This document shows, piece by piece, positions 1 to 14,512 of a stretch of DNA of 64,000 bases. Source of the DNA: Octopus vulgaris (Eukaryota). The position numbers and the translations under genes were made by a program. Where the stretch lies: assembly GCA_951406725.2 (NCBI GenBank), contig OX597816.1:146506001-146570000 (forward strand). The letters are read 5' to 3'. A model generated the notes under the pieces. That model searched no databases. It was not told where the DNA came from and saw only the letters and a list, made by a program, of their open reading frames with translations. Every line of letters starts with the position of its first letter. Position 1 is the first letter of the stretch.

Positions 1-27
1 CTACTACTGCTGCTGCTACTGCTGCTG

Positions 28-90
<63 letters not shown>

Positions 91-175
91 GCACTAGCAT
101 TACTACTACTACTAGCATTGCCACTAGCAATACTACTACTACTACTACTACTACTACTATTACTGCTGCTACTGC
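1..175. repeat. (CTA/CTG)n trinucleotide microsatellite
   Basis: Direct: ctactactgctgctgctact...ctactacta with degenerate tail. Confidence 0.95.
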
Positions 176-549
176 TTTTATTTACTAATGTTTTATCAAA
201 TTACTCTTCACCTGCTATGCCAACAGTCATCGATAATCATTGATCACCGTTTTGTATATATTATCTCTATATCAAACTGTCTATATATCAAACTGCTTAA
301 ACCATAATCTCCCAATTGCTCTTCTCTGGCTTGGTCTTCCCTGTTAGGTTTTCAACACAAAGCTATATAATGCTCAAAAACTCATCATTTCAGTATGAAG
401 AAATTTTCTGATACTTTCTCCTACCAGAATACAAAAATTTCATTGTCCTAGAGGGAGAAAGCCGTGCTGTATTCGTAATACACATAAAGGTGTGGATAGT
501 TAATATACAGAAGAAATACATTAACCTGATTGTTTAGGTTTGGGATGGA

Positions 550-564
550 CAGAAAGAGAGAGAG

Positions 565-626
<62 letters not shown>

Positions 627-645
627 AGACACACACACGCACACA
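550..645. repeat. (GA)n/(CA)n compound microsatellite
   Basis: Direct reading. Confidence 0.95.
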
Positions 646-3600
646 ATCAGAGACAGGTAGTCAGACAATAACTGAAAAAGAAAGATGCTATTGAGTTCAC
701 AATAGCAACGTATATTAAGGTATTTTCTTTTTACAAAGGGATCTTGTTGAACGTCAACATGTTGATTTACCATGTGGCTTACAGGGAAATGACAGTTTTA
801 CATTAGAATATAATTATATATAATATATAAATATGTATGTTTTCAAACCCGATGAATCACATCGTCACTCTGTGAACTTTGCTTACCGATCTTTGCCGAA
901 GTTATGCTTAAGATGTAATTTCCAAGACACGCCCATTGGAGAAGGTATTTGAAATATATTTTTCTTCGTGGACTTCAAACCAGAAAGTAGCCAACTGACA
1001 AAGACAGTTCTTTTCGATTCTGACCACCAGATATGTGAATATTTATACATGTGCGTGTGTAGATACAGTTGAACTGAAGTAGAAGTTGTGCACACTAATT
1101 CCTGGCATGTGCACGCGCGAGTGTCCAGATATTCTTTATGTATGTAGTATGAAAATGTACATATTTTCATTCCATGGGGTACCAAATAGAGAATCCCTGG
1201 TATATTTTAAAAGGTTTTTATTTTATCTTTAATCGTTCCTATTTGGAGAAAGAATACCTCTTCGTTATCTAGTGAACGCTGTCGTTTCTGCTTTTTTTTT
1301 ATGCAAACCAGTTCATACTCGACCGTATGCAATTACGATAGTGAGTACAATTTGAAATATAGTCTGAATTTAAGTGCACTATATTTTACAGTAGTTTTGC
1401 TTTAGATGTCTTTTTCCTATACTTTAAAAGAGACATCCATATTGGTCGTGCAGCTAATTGATGCAGCAGTTCATGTTCTTTACACTTTATTTCCGTACTA
1501 CAATACTGGAATAATTGTGCTTGCACTAGGATGCTGTTTCTTTCGCTATGTTCCGCCAATATTTTTGTTTTATTGTATAGATATATTATATTTCTTGTGC
1601 GTGTTTCGTAACGCTATCACAATACTTCTGGTGTAAGCATTGTAGATAGGTTTAATGAATATGTTCTCGTATTGCAAAAGTATTAGCTTGCGGATATTTT
1701 TGACAGCAGATGTTGATATCGTGGGTGGGGGTGTATTTCGCAATGGAATAGCTCTACCGACAATTTCTGTTATTCTTTCATCATAGAGAGGCGTCTTTAT
1801 CTCTGGAGCTGAACAGCAATTTTGTAGCTGGTTAGAAAAATTGTTGGGTTCTAGTTGAAAACTAAACTATTTATTACAGTTTCAGGAGAGGGTAGTCATC
1901 CGGTGAATGTGGCTGGTGTGCTCTAGTTTTCGAACTTATATATTTTTGTAACATTCTAGGCTGGCATAGCGAGTTTCTTTTCTTCACATTTTTGCTTAGG
2001 TCAGTTAGTTCAGCGACTTTTGGCTTACTGGTATACATTGAAGTTTCCTTCAACTAATCTTATGATATCAGTTTAACTATTTCACATACTGGGATGTACT
2101 CATGTTGCTCGTATCTGTTCAGTGAGTGTTGTCTATGTGATACGATGTGACACTTAACTTCTGTGAAATCACACTTATGCATCTGCTACTATTCCTCTTT
2201 TAATGGTAGATCCTGTCTGTCACAGGTCCTCTCATGAACATAGACTGTCATTATTGTTAGGTTCTCCTTACACCTAATGTCAAAGTATCCCTTTGTCTTT
2301 ATAACTCTACTCACACACCAACGGACAATATATTTTCGCTGATTCCGGAATATTTGCAATATTTGCAATATTTTTTATCTCAGATTATAAGGAAAGAAGA
2401 CAGGTCACAAGTATCCATACTCCTTTTTAGTTCGTCACGTTTCTCATTTGAAATACAAATATGAAAATTTCCTCACCAACCACCATTTCTTTATGCTGTG
2501 AGAATGCCATGACCAGTGGTTACTCTGAACTAAGTGTTTAGGTTATAACTACAACAAAACTTGAGTTATTTTCTTTTCATAGGTAGTTCCTAAATTTGTA
2601 CCATATACATTTCCTGACGGGGGGTGTATCAAGTTCGATTATAGATTTTCTTTTTCTTTAATATAAATTTGTACCACATTTTAGATATGATTAAACTTGC
2701 ATATGCTATAATTTATTTAAACAACCTTAATTCAGATATTCAAAAGTTGGCCACAAATAAGAATTAATACTAGATTAAACATAGTTACATCTTTCAATAA
2801 TAACCGTTTCACAAATTCATGGTAATTTTATCTTATTCGTTGTATGAAAGAATTATAAGTTCCCAACATGTCTAGAATTATCTAACTGCGGTCATCTTAT
2901 TTTAGCTCTTCTTTACGATTCTTAATTTCCCGTTATTGATTTATTGGATACGATTGAGTTTATAATGTTGCTAAAACATTGTTTGTATCAATGTGAGAAA
3001 TTCCTTATTTATGACAAATGTTATGGACAGAACCCGTAAAACATTGGATACATTCCTTTGCGGTATTTCCTTAACGATCTAGATTGGCATCTTCTTTCCT
3101 ATGAAATAAGTAGCAACGATATACTGGGGTGGCTCAATCAGCTAAACCACAACCATTGCTGATTTGTAACCTTACATTAAATTTAGAAATCATTATCGCT
3201 TTAATTGAGAATTACTCTAAATAGCAGCACAAATAGTATCAAAACTATCACTAAGAGAATTTCTATGATCACTATGAAAATGTATCGTTGGTGTCGGTGT
3301 TACACATGTGAAGGTCTATTAACCAAGTAAATAAACGTGTTTTCTTAGTGTCTTTCTTTAATAAAGAGTGGATAATTTAACAGCATCCAGATCACCATGA
3401 ATATGCCATAAATATCGGAAAGTTATGAAAAAGCTATTAAGAATATTTCCAAGAAGCAATAATATTCTACCTTATTAATTTGCTGAGTTTTCAGTTAATT
3501 ATCCAGATGAAGTTGTAATTAATTGATGCAAAGAAAATGTCTCTATTTATTTGAGAAATATTTTTTCTGTTTTCTGTAAATCTGTTTTGATTTTTATTAT

Positions 3601-4342
3601 TTTCGTCGGTTTCTAAACAATCATAACAAGTTTTAAAGTTTTAATAAACTCCAAAATTGCGAATACTTAATGAAAATTCGTTCACTGGAATCAATTGAAA
3701 CATGTGACTCAGCCCGTTTAATTACAATTTTTTTTAATAGTTGGAAAATGTTTATGTATGAGGTGGTTTCATTTCACACATGTGGTTCAGCATTATTCTT
3801 TTAATTTTCAAGTGATACGGTAAACACATTCAAGCATGTAAGAGGCTGGGGTAAAGATTTCGTGTGTTTGGTCAAATAGCAATTTATGAACAGGAATATG
3901 AATTTATCTAAGAAACAAATATATATATATATATAGATAATCTTTATAAACTTTTATGGAGAAGAATAGTACGAAAAGTGGAAAGTCGTTAATTATATGG
4001 GTTTCCCATCGCTTAAAAAAGAAAATAGATTTTCATAGGAGATAAATAAAAAAATATGGCATAAATTGACTCTTTCAAGTGTCCTTGCGGACGATGATAA
4101 TTGTTTCCGGTTGAGAATAATGAACTTTAAATAATTAATAACAAAGTCGTCTTTCAAGATACTCGACAACAATGCTTACAAAATCAAAAAAGACATAAAA
4201 TGGAATTGCAGAAAGAGAATCACCACAAATATAACCTCAGGAGATGTGTTATCCCTCGGATAAGAAAATTTGCACATCATCCACATATGGTTATGTTCTA
4301 TGCTACTAGACAATAGAAATAGTTCTTATCATTCAGCTGATT

Positions 4343-4384
<42 letters not shown>

Positions 4385-4387
<3 letters not shown>

Positions 4388-4535
4388 ACAACAAAATAAA
4401 CAAAACAAATGACGAAGACGGGGGTGTAAGCAGATGTATCAGTTTAACGCTCGGGATTTGAGAAAGTCTTTTATGTTTCGAGCTCACGCTCTTCAACTGA
4501 AAGGAACACAGATATAAACAGAGAGAGAAAATAAT
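4385..4535 (-). mobile_element. Short Penelope-like terminal-repeat family, copy 1
   Basis: Homologous to 23795-23990 and 40700-40751 (gacgaagac.gg.ggtgta...aacgctc.gga...gtttcgagc..acgctcttc). Carries a hammerhead-like core on the minus strand and abuts (TA)n. Penelope assignment is inference from that core. Confidence 0.55.
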
Positions 4536-5503
4536 TAAAAAAATGTTTATATATACTTATGTATATAATAAAATAATGAAATATTTATGAATTTCCCCAA
4601 ATAGTTTCAATTTAAGTTAATTCTTCCAATTCCTTTTATAATGCTCTATTAATTAGCGGTTAGCCTCAAACTTCTGACCCCTGTGATATGGACCATACCA
4701 TGGATTAAGATAGCACCTTTAAATGACGTTCGTACCATTCCTTACTATTTCTATTATTTTTTTATATGAGTGCATGGACGCATAAATTTATGTATATCTA
4801 AGTATCAAAAGTTGATGTGCGTGCATTGATCGAATGAATGAGCCTAAATGTAGCGCTAAATACATGCAGTTTCGATGCTGAAAGGCTGCGTAATTACATT
4901 CCCATATAGGGGCGGCTTGACTATATTAGACGTGTAGAGTACCGCAAATATGATGCAGTCGTATTTCATATAAATATCTAAACATTTACGTGTCTACCTT
5001 TGATCTGTCAATTCTCGATTAATAAACATTGTTCCCACTAACGAGAAAACGCAGCAGAATCGTGGCATGATAATGCAAATATGTTCAGCATATTTGTAAT
5101 AATATCGCATCTCATATCTTATTCAATATTGAAGATTCATTCTGCATGGTGCTAATGTAATGCATATGCATATTACATGTTTAAGTTCACAATCAAGCAT
5201 TCATTTTCTCATACTTGCATGTGGCATTATTAATTTCATCTACAACTATCACTAACTTTATTTATAATCAATCAATGTAAGTATCAATTACACCAATACT
5301 GAAAACATAAGCTATTCCACAATTGGTTTCTTATACATTTTAACCTTTCGATAATTGCTCATATTTCACTTATTCGCTTACTGTCACATTCGTGTTGTAG
5401 TTAGTTTTATACCTTAATATGCGTTCGAAAAATATGAAGGTTGACAGTATCAATTACAGATAGGCTTTTCTTACTGATGGAAATTTCATAGCTCTCTGAT
5501 ACG

Positions 5504-6405
5504 TACGAGGCATTATCAAAAAAGCTCCCGGACTAGGTATGCTGGATATAAAAATAATATTTACCTAAGTTTTAACATATCTTCTCCTATATAGTTACCG
5601 TGCATAGAAATAAACCGATCCCAGCGTTCCTGCTCCCTTTGGAAGTCGACCTGGATGCTATTTTCTGTAAGCGATTCGAGGACCCTCTGCGATTCGCACT
5701 GGATTCGAACAACTGTGTTGAAACGGCGACCTTTGAGCTACATTTTCATATTGGACAAGAGATGAAAGTCTACAGGTGCTAAATCCGGCGAATAGAGCGG
5801 GTGCAGAAGCAATACCATGTGTATTTGGGCGAGAAACTCACGAGTGAGGCGAGTTCACTGATAGGGTACATTGTCATTTGGAAGAATCCACTTCTTCGCT
5901 CTCCATAAATCCAGTCGCGTTCGCCAAATGTCCTCGATTAAACGCTTCAAAACGCGCTTAATTGTCTCCGAGAATTCTCATGCACGAGCTGATGAATTGT
6001 CTCCACATTTCAAGGAGTGACACTCATGGTAGGTCTTCCAGTTCACTCATCGTCTTCCAGGGACGTTTCTCCGCTTTCGAAGCGCCTGTGCCACCCGAAA
6101 CATTGTGTACGACCAATTGCATCGTCACCATATACTGGCCTAATCATGCTCAATATCTCTGCAGCAAGTGTTACAACTTTAACGCAAAATTTCACGTTGA
6201 CTCTTTGTTCCAATTTCCTGTCCATGACAAAAATCGCAGACTACAGCACGCATGTAATCAGAAAAACACAAGTTTCACAACTTACAAAGTAAGAACAGTG
6301 ATGTCACTCTGCACACTGCCTACTGAAGATCACTGCCATTTCTCTTGTAACCGTGTAGTACCATTTGTTGGCACTACAGAACTAGTATGGGAACTTCTTG
6401 ATACA
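5504..6405 (-). mobile_element. Internally deleted mariner transposon with both TIRs
   Basis: ORF 6043-6225 (EQRVNVKFCVK...VYGDDAIGRTQCFGWHRRFESGETSLEDDE) is a mariner N-terminal HTH. Minus strand 5580-5940 reads NDNVP...HPLYSPDLAPVDFHL...LKGRRF...RWDRFI (catalytic C-terminus). Imperfect TIRs: tatcaaaaaagctcccggactag vs ctagtatgggaacttcttgata. Confidence 0.9.
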
Positions 6406-7419
6406 ATAATTTTTCTTATTAAATGCTTTGTCGGACAACACTTCCGAAACGTGATCTTTGATGAAAAAAGAATTATTATGATATACTTCACCTAATATTT
6501 TTCTGATAGGAACCTAAAGAAAATGTCAAAATAATGGAAAGTGCGCACATATACTTTTCGAATATAATATAGCGAATTGTGTTTCTAGAATATTCCGTAT
6601 GACTTTTATCAGTTTCAAAGTTTTAAAAAGAAACCATATGTTTACATTTCTGCATGACTCCAATAAGTGAGAGTTTTGATTTTGTTGTGATGAACGACGC
6701 GAAATAAGTCAATATGCAAAATATACAAAGGCAATGTCGTTCAACAATATATTCCAGTAAAATTCTAATAAATATTTACGTTTAGACATACAGTTGAGAA
6801 ATCAAGTCTTACTTCATATATAAATGCTTGGCAATATATGCAAGGATATATTAACCGCCTATCTATATAAATATTTGGAGTACTAATATAGAATCCAAGG
6901 CAATGTGTTCGTACGGTCTACTAACTCTAGCGGACAAAAATTCTTTAAAATTGCAAACCTGTTTTAGAAACAGGAACATGACAGAATATTTTGCTAGAAT
7001 CAAATATCGGTCGAAAATTTCACATCTATAACATCTTTGGAAAAACAGACATATAATTCCAAACTGTTTAAAATATGTTCAGCCATGCCTTCCTTTAAAT
7101 AAGTCTTAATAAGATTACGAACTTTTTCAACAAGGAAGCTGCATGCATTTATTTATACCACGATTATATTATAGTCATTGTTGATCTGAATAAATCAGCA
7201 CACGCATGTTTGTTGTTTATTGACCAATTCCAAGCATATGACTCTTAATCTGGTGATATGTAAAATTCATGAGTACAAACACTACATGTCACGTCTTGAA
7301 GAAATAATTTTAATCAGAGCCTCATAGTACTCTTAATTTTTTATATGCACGAAATTCTATTTAAGCAAAGGATTTTCTATTCAAGCTTGTATTTTAGGGA
7401 AGGCATATAAATGAAACAG

Positions 7420-7575
7420 ATAACTCGAATATTTCACTGGTACTTTACATTACCAACCCACAAGGAAGTATATAATCATCCCGGATTGTTTCTGAACATA
7501 GAATGCATTCATACCTATATAATATTCTAAAACATTTTAACACTGGTTTTACCGTCTCTGCCGATTTACGCTTTT
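7420..7575 (-). mobile_element. Highly degenerate SINE family B copy
   Basis: ctggtactttacattaccaaccc...tctctgccgatttacgc resembles the reverse complement of 29558-29730. Confidence 0.4.
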
Positions 7576-7714
7576 ATTGATGCTTGTTTCTGTACATTAT
7601 GTATACGAAGAACAACTGAGAGAGTCCAAAACGGCTCATTTGATCTGCTACAAAACAGAGTGAAATCTTCGATAAATTATGATGTTGCAATTTTACCTGA
7701 AATACACAGGATGG

Positions 7715-7769
<55 letters not shown>

Positions 7770-8841
7770 TTATATTATCTCTCTATATGTACATGTGTGT
7801 GTGCGAGAGACCGCGCGTATATACGTGTGGCGTTTGAATGTATCATTGGTTTGTCATTGATAAATATCAGTCGGATGATAAATAGATATTCAAAAGCCTA
7901 CAGGAGAAAGAAAAGATGAAACAAAATGGGAGATACTCAAATATGACATCAAAGAATTATATTTCCTGTTAAAAAACTAGTTTTTCAAGATAAATGAAAT
8001 ATGAATAGTATACTGAATGCTTGCTTTTTAAATGTTTAGTAAATTCTCATTAAAATCATCCAGGATTTCTTAGGAGTCGTAAAAAGCAGGTAATCTGGGT
8101 TACATGAAAATAAAACTAGAGTACACGTTGCACTTTTCTAGGTAAAATATCTATATCTGTCTAACTGTTTCTCTCTCGCACGTTCTACATACAGGAATCT
8201 ATCTCTCAATCTCTCTATCTCAATGATCTGCCTGTATGTCGGTCTGTCTTCTGCTTGCTCTCTCTCTCTCTTTGTCTCTTTGTCTCTCTCTCCTTCTCTA
8301 ACTCTCTGTGTCTACACACAAACACATAGACAGTCGCTCGTGACTAGGTATGCACACATTACTTAGAACCAATATATAACTAAATTTTTTCTCACTTTCT
8401 CCAATGTCGGTATTTTGAAATGCCTATGAATTTACATAACGGATTGTTCTAAATTCCTCATACTTTAAATCGATCTCTATCCTACCATCTCACTCTTCTC
8501 TCTCTACCTCTCTTTTCCCCACTTTGTTTCTCTCTCTATGCCCCACACTCTCTATGTAATTGATTTAGAAGTATATAAAGAATGACTTCAAAATCTGACC
8601 ATCTCCCAAAACTGTTAATTTAAAGGACACATACTCGCACACACACACACACACACACGCATACACACACATATACAGTCAAATGCAAATTTAAATACGC
8701 ACACACGCTCACGAGAGAACCGAATAATTACCAGTCCACCCCTGATTAAATTTCACTTAATATCTCTTTACAGATCTGCGTATGGGTCCCCATATATATT
8801 TATGTATGTGTGTATGTATATCAGCATGATGTCATGCAGCC

Positions 8842-8968
8842 TTTCGGCAAAAGAAAACGATAGAATAAGTAATAGGCTTACAAAGAAAAAGTCTAGCGAT
8901 CGATTTCTTCTAAGATGCTATGCTCCCGCAGGGCTACACTCAAGATGATTGAAACAAGTAAATACTAA
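8842..8968 (+). mobile_element. SINE family A, 3' part
   Basis: ttcggcaaaaga..cgatagaataagta..aggcttacaaagaa...gaaacaagta matches 20150-20270. Confidence 0.8.
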
Positions 8969-8979
8969 ATAAAAAAGTA

Positions 8980-9542
8980 GATCGTTTGTATTCGGGAAGA
9001 AGAAGAGAAAAAGGGGGGCTCGAATTTCGACCAAAAGGGATCGTGGAAAAAATGCCGATCAATAGGGATCGTATATCACAGAAATGTCAATGTAAAAAGA
9101 GAAAGGAGATTAGGTTTATCCGAGGAAAGAAAAGACGACGGTAACCTTGGGCAATAACGTCATGCAAAAAAATCACATTACAGTAAGTGACTCTTTTTTT
9201 TTTTGTTCATACGATTATGCTCAAGCTAGCTCTATCATTCACACATGCCATCCTTGCTACATTCACCCAACTTTTTTTGAAGCATTCACTAGACAAAACT
9301 GCCTTCTCTACTCTCACCTTCCACTTCAAGTGATACTTGAAGAAGTTGATGAGAGATTGACTAGCGAGGAAAGTGTCTGTCTCTAGACCTTTCAGACACG
9401 TCCACCAGACACAATCCTTTAAACACAAGTACGATGACACAAGTACAATGAAAAAGGCTCTTCCTTCCCGTTTGAAGGAAGGAGGCACAACAACATTCAC
9501 GATATTATTATCGGTTGACAAACCGACTCGTCCCACACGCGA
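8980..9542 (-). mobile_element. 5'-truncated L1/Tx1-type LINE: ORF2 C-terminus plus 3' UTR
   Basis: ORF 9207-9536 (LKDCVWWTCLKGL...LINFFKYHLKWKVRVEK...FKKSWVNV) resembles the L1/Tx1 ORF2 tail downstream of the zinc knuckle. 9030-9140 is homologous in reverse complement to 59590-59730. Confidence 0.65.
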
Positions 9543-9547
9543 GATAG

Positions 9548-9584
<37 letters not shown>

Positions 9585-9756
9585 TGGATGGATGGCTAGA
9601 TAGATAGAGAGACAGGCAGATAGATAAATAGATGGATAGATAGATATATAGATGGATAGATAGATAGATAGCTAGATAGATAGATAGATAGATAGATAGA
9701 TACATACGTACATACATACATACATACACACATACATACATACATACATACATACA

Positions 9757-9787
<31 letters not shown>

Positions 9788-9788
9788 G
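9543..9788. repeat. (GATA)n/(GA)n/(CATA)n compound microsatellite
   Basis: Direct reading. Confidence 0.95.
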
Positions 9789-10947
9789 CATGTGTAATAT
9801 GAATTGTCAAGATAATCTTCTTAGAAATGAAAATTTTTCAAGCTGAGAAATCATTCCTACATAAACCGAAAGGCATACACATGTACTCATGCACAGGCAT
9901 ACACATTCATGCTCTTATTATCGCTTATCTATAAAATACTTAGAGTAACATATGTGTAGCCTACCAGAATGTAATTTCGCTTTCTCAATTATATACTAGT
10001 ATGAGACAATCTATATTTTGCGTTCTCATGACCTTTCAACGTAACTATGACAAGGAAAGGTGAATTAGTTCTAATCCTTCTAACGAGATTTTTGTGTTTC
10101 ATTTTAAATTCACATCTGAATTATTCATTTCACGGGCTGATCACAACGATAATATATTTTGGATGCCTCATTATTTCCATTTTTGTAATCATTTCTTTCC
10201 TGATATGTCTTTCGATTTAAGCAGGATAAAGATACAAAGAAGAAATCATGACAAACGGGAAAGGAATTCATTCAAATGTCTTAGCCATAAACATATTCGT
10301 CACTACCTTTCTTTATTGAAATTTCATATATTATATTTGGCTCGTGTTTAAAAGCACCTTTATTAATGTTGATTTAGTTAATGCTGTTGTTGGTCATGCA
10401 CCTTTCGGGAATACTTTGCAACACCATGACGTTTATGAACGTCAAAATGGGATAGCTGTTGCAGGAGTCCTATTTTAGCTTCTATCTGGGCGGCTAAGAT
10501 ATTTTGATTATTTCCGCTTGTGATACACACTATAATATAATTTGTATCAAACACACATGCGCCTGCACATGTATGTGCGTTCCAGTAGATGTCTCTCTCT
10601 CTCTCTCTCTCTCTCTGTTCGAGCTTGCATACAAGTTTGGGTGTTTCAATATACAACAAAATTTATGTAATAACGTGTATATTAACTGTTATAATTTGTT
10701 AATAAACCTCCAGGTCCCCAAAACTTTTGCAACATGTAGGCAGAATAATTTCTATATATTCATGAGCGAAGAAATTGCATATTTGAACGATCTCTTCACC
10801 AACTGACCACATATCAGTAAGAATGAAACCTGCCCTTCAATTCCAGATTCTCGTTCTTATGGTATCAAACGCACTTTTCACATATGCATCGATGAACCGG
10901 TTCCAATCGTCACCATCTCTCTTCAGAAAAAAATACAATTCAGTTTG

Positions 10948-11012
<65 letters not shown>

Positions 11013-11684
11013 ATGCCGATTCAACATAAAATGTAATTTTTGAAAATTGATACTACTGCAAACATGCTTCAGAACACATAGTGAAATACTTTACACGAAA
11101 TGAATCACGGTAAAAAATACAAACGTTTCGGTTCTTATTATATGCATAATTAGTACTGGTAGGTAATCAGATGATGTCTCGTAGATGTGAGTGCATATGC
11201 CCAAATAATCTGGAATGGGAATAATTATTCTTAAATTGTGTTTCATTTATATTTGTATCATTTTTATGTAAATTTACATTCGTACTTTTGCTATTAATGT
11301 AAAATATTATTTTAAGAAAGACAGATAATAGTTTGAGGGACTTTATTTTTACTCATATGTAAAACGAAGTCCTGAAGTCGTGCTTGTAAGGGTGGAATAA
11401 AAAAAATTGATAGGATATAAAAGTACAACATATTCAAGAGGGGTCGCTTTCTTGTATAATAATGATCAAGTTTGGAAAATTTGAAAAGAAGAAAACATCT
11501 ATAAATGGATGAGTGGTCAATAGGAATGAGATGTGAGAAAGTAATGAATAAATTTGCAGGTAGGTGCATTTGTTTTATGTAATTAAAAAGTGCCTGTGAC
11601 TACAACCAATTGGTTATAAGGGGAGTTTTTTTTTTAAAAAAGGTGGAAGCATATGATCACAAACACACATACACATATATATAT

Positions 11685-12345
11685 AATAAAAATGGCACAA
11701 GAACGTAACAGGCGACAACAAAACATTCGGACTGTTAGACGATACGAAAATGGGCAGGAAAAAACAAAGACGGATCATTCGGAGCTTTTAATCTTCAGTC
11801 GAGTACCAGATCGTCTTTGCAGTTTCTCGAGACTGGTCTAATCTGTCCGGCCCCATGAAAATTTAAGCTATGAGGTCTAGATTCTTTGGGAGAAAGCAAG
11901 GTAATGTATATGGAAACAAGTACGAAAAAGAAACGGGGAAATGGTACACAATTACAAATACAATAACAGGACATTAATAACAGGTGTCTTTCCACTAAGG
12001 ACGAATTAAATTAAGCTGGCGTGTGTGGAAGTGAAGCGTTACAGCAGGAACATAGAAGACAAAAGACATGGGAAGGAATATAAGAGACGCTACACGGATG
12101 GTAGTCGAACCAAGGATTGTCAAGTTTAGCCGAACACCGTTCATTTGGAAAGAGCGGAGAGAGGTAGGGGTAGAGGGATTGAAGAATTAAGGAGGGACGA
12201 GAAAGAGAGAAAAAACGGATAGGGACAGTCTGATGAGAATGAAGGGAATGCCCAGAAATGGGAGAGAGGGTGGTAGAGAGAAAAAGAAAAGTGGAAGGAA
12301 CGAAGAAAATGTGAAGGGGCTACAGGAAAGAGTAAAAGAAAACTC
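11685..12345 (-). mobile_element. Probable decayed Penelope-like 3' fragment
   Basis: Purine-rich plus strand. Minus strand near 11770-11800 has a degenerate hammerhead-like CTGAAGA...CTCCGAAT. No clear protein motif. Confidence 0.3.
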
Positions 12346-14075
12346 ACACACAAAGGTATGTATGACTATGTATACGTATATACAAGCACATGTATACATA
12401 TATGTACACATATATACACTTATATAAATATATAAATACACACACAAACACACACACAAACGAACACATGTTTATGTGTGTGTTTAGTAAGCTAATTTTC
12501 TCATGTATTTTTATGTGCTTCTTTGAAATACATTTGATATCTCACATTTTAATGGCTTTTCTCGCACGTCTTCATTTTATAGGCCAATTTCCATATACGC
12601 ATTACTTAATTTATTAATCAAATATCTGACAATCATCACATGTACTCCACTCCTTTTCTGGAATCTTTCTTTATATTCATGCATTCCACTCCGATTTACT
12701 TCTTTGGATATGGTTTTGAGACTGGCGCTGGGTGGTGGCGACATGAAAGTAATTCATGTTTGCATGACAGCAAAGGAGAAAATGTTTCAGCTGTTGAATT
12801 TCGCCCAGTATCGCTATAAATCTGGCAGTATTTGCACTTTGATAAAAGATTAGTTCCGTAGTTTTATTGCAGCTTGTTTATGACATGCTCCTTCTTGTGC
12901 TAATGAGTTTGTGTATGCATTACAATATTTATTGAAAATATCATATAGTTAAACCACTAGATATGGCCAATGTTTGTTTAAATATGTATTGAAATTGCGT
13001 TGACGAAAACGAATATACGAAACGTAATTTATGAAACGTAAATTACAAGAGACTTGCAAGTTTGATGTCTAGCACGAACACAACTAAAACAATTTTGAGT
13101 CCTGAGCTTTAATTTGTTGCAGTATGAGTATTCTTTTCCATGTAATGAGTAATAGGAATTGAATTGAAAACAATCTACTTAAGTCGTGACCAATTTTAGG
13201 AGTGTCATAGACACAATATTTTACTGTATAATGCTATTTTGGTATTTATTTGTTGGTATATTTGTTTATCTTTCTCTCGACACATACCAATAACTTTCGC
13301 TCAGAAATTTCCAGAAATATACAACTTCGTAAAATGTCATGTCAGATATTTTACGAATTTATCATTTTAATACAAAGAAAAGTAAGCGCCAGCCGTCATC
13401 CACGTACGAGTGCAACTCGGTAAACCTATGCCATTATTACAGTAACTGTCTTACGCGTCTACGTAGTCACCAGCAGACACAAACAGTCACTCGACTTTCG
13501 TTTCCGTTTGAATCAGTTTCAACCAAAATGTAGCAGTGAGAGAGGGAGAGAGAGTTGCACCAAATCGCCGCTTGTACACATTATTTGATTGGGTAATGTA
13601 ACTTAAGTACTTCGCCCAAGGCTAGAATGCGCTGCCAGTCCTATTGAGTGAACCCAAGACATCATTATTATCCGATCAAACAACCACCAATCAACGCGCC
13701 TTCACTTGATGAGAAATTTGATACGCTTTAATCATACTCACCCATCAACTGTTATATTTGACTTCCACCGTGTAAGATATGTGGGAAACTCATAACTGAC
13801 CGTTCAATTTCACGAAGATTTTCCATCATGATCAGATACAATAGCTCGATTGCTTGTGGTGGTCGCTGATATTTTTGCTCGATTATAAAACTCTTCACAT
13901 TTTGAAATCTTGTAGTTTTACACCGTATTCATGCGTGCAGAAACTACACAGAAACGGGTACAAGCACAACCATTTAAATGGAAGTTTTTTTTAACAAATA
14001 TTCTAAACTGAATCAATTATGAATTTTTATGTAGTATCTATCATATACTTCCAAATTCTTAAGGTGCGCAGTGAA

Positions 14076-14230
14076 TAGCGGTTCGGCAAAGGAACCGATA
14101 GAATAAGTACTAAGCTTACAAAAAATCATTTCTGGGGTCGATTTGCTCGACTAACGGCGGTGCTCCAACATGGCCGCAGTCAAATGACTGAAACAAGTAG
14201 AAGAGTAACAGAAAGTAAAAGAGTAAAAGA
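14076..14230 (+). mobile_element. SINE family A, 3' part
   Basis: tagcggttcggcaaa..accgatagaataagtact...ggcggtgctcca.catggccgcagtcaaatgactgaaacaagta. Confidence 0.9.
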
Positions 14231-14453
14231 GCATAAAATATCTCATTTTTTAATCTGGAAAAAAAAAACATGAACATGGACACATTTCTAAATCGCATGT
14301 ATATGATGTTCATATATTTACGAAAATCTTAAGCGCTGACATTGAGGAGAAATGTCTACAATATAAGAAATAAATGCATGCAACCACAGTAGCTTGACAG
14401 ATATAGTAAATTTAATCATTAATTATTTATCTAGTTCTAGTAAGTGGAAGTGG

Positions 14454-14512
<59 letters not shown>

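Noticed and set aside
1320-2300. Possible ancient LINE fragment on the minus strand
   Set aside because: Only one weak endonuclease-like word; insufficient.
5962-6495. Longest ORF in the window (177 aa, plus strand)
   Set aside because: Antisense shadow of the minus-strand mariner remnant.
10378-10520. Minus-strand peptide with a KR site resembling a neuropeptide precursor end
   Set aside because: No signal peptide, amidation motif, repeats or clear acceptor.
10710-10950. Long frames on both strands broken by a single TGA (selenoprotein or readthrough idea); similar at 48010-48260
   Set aside because: No recognisable selenoprotein motif, SECIS element or consistent splice pair; compatible with chance or decayed sequence.
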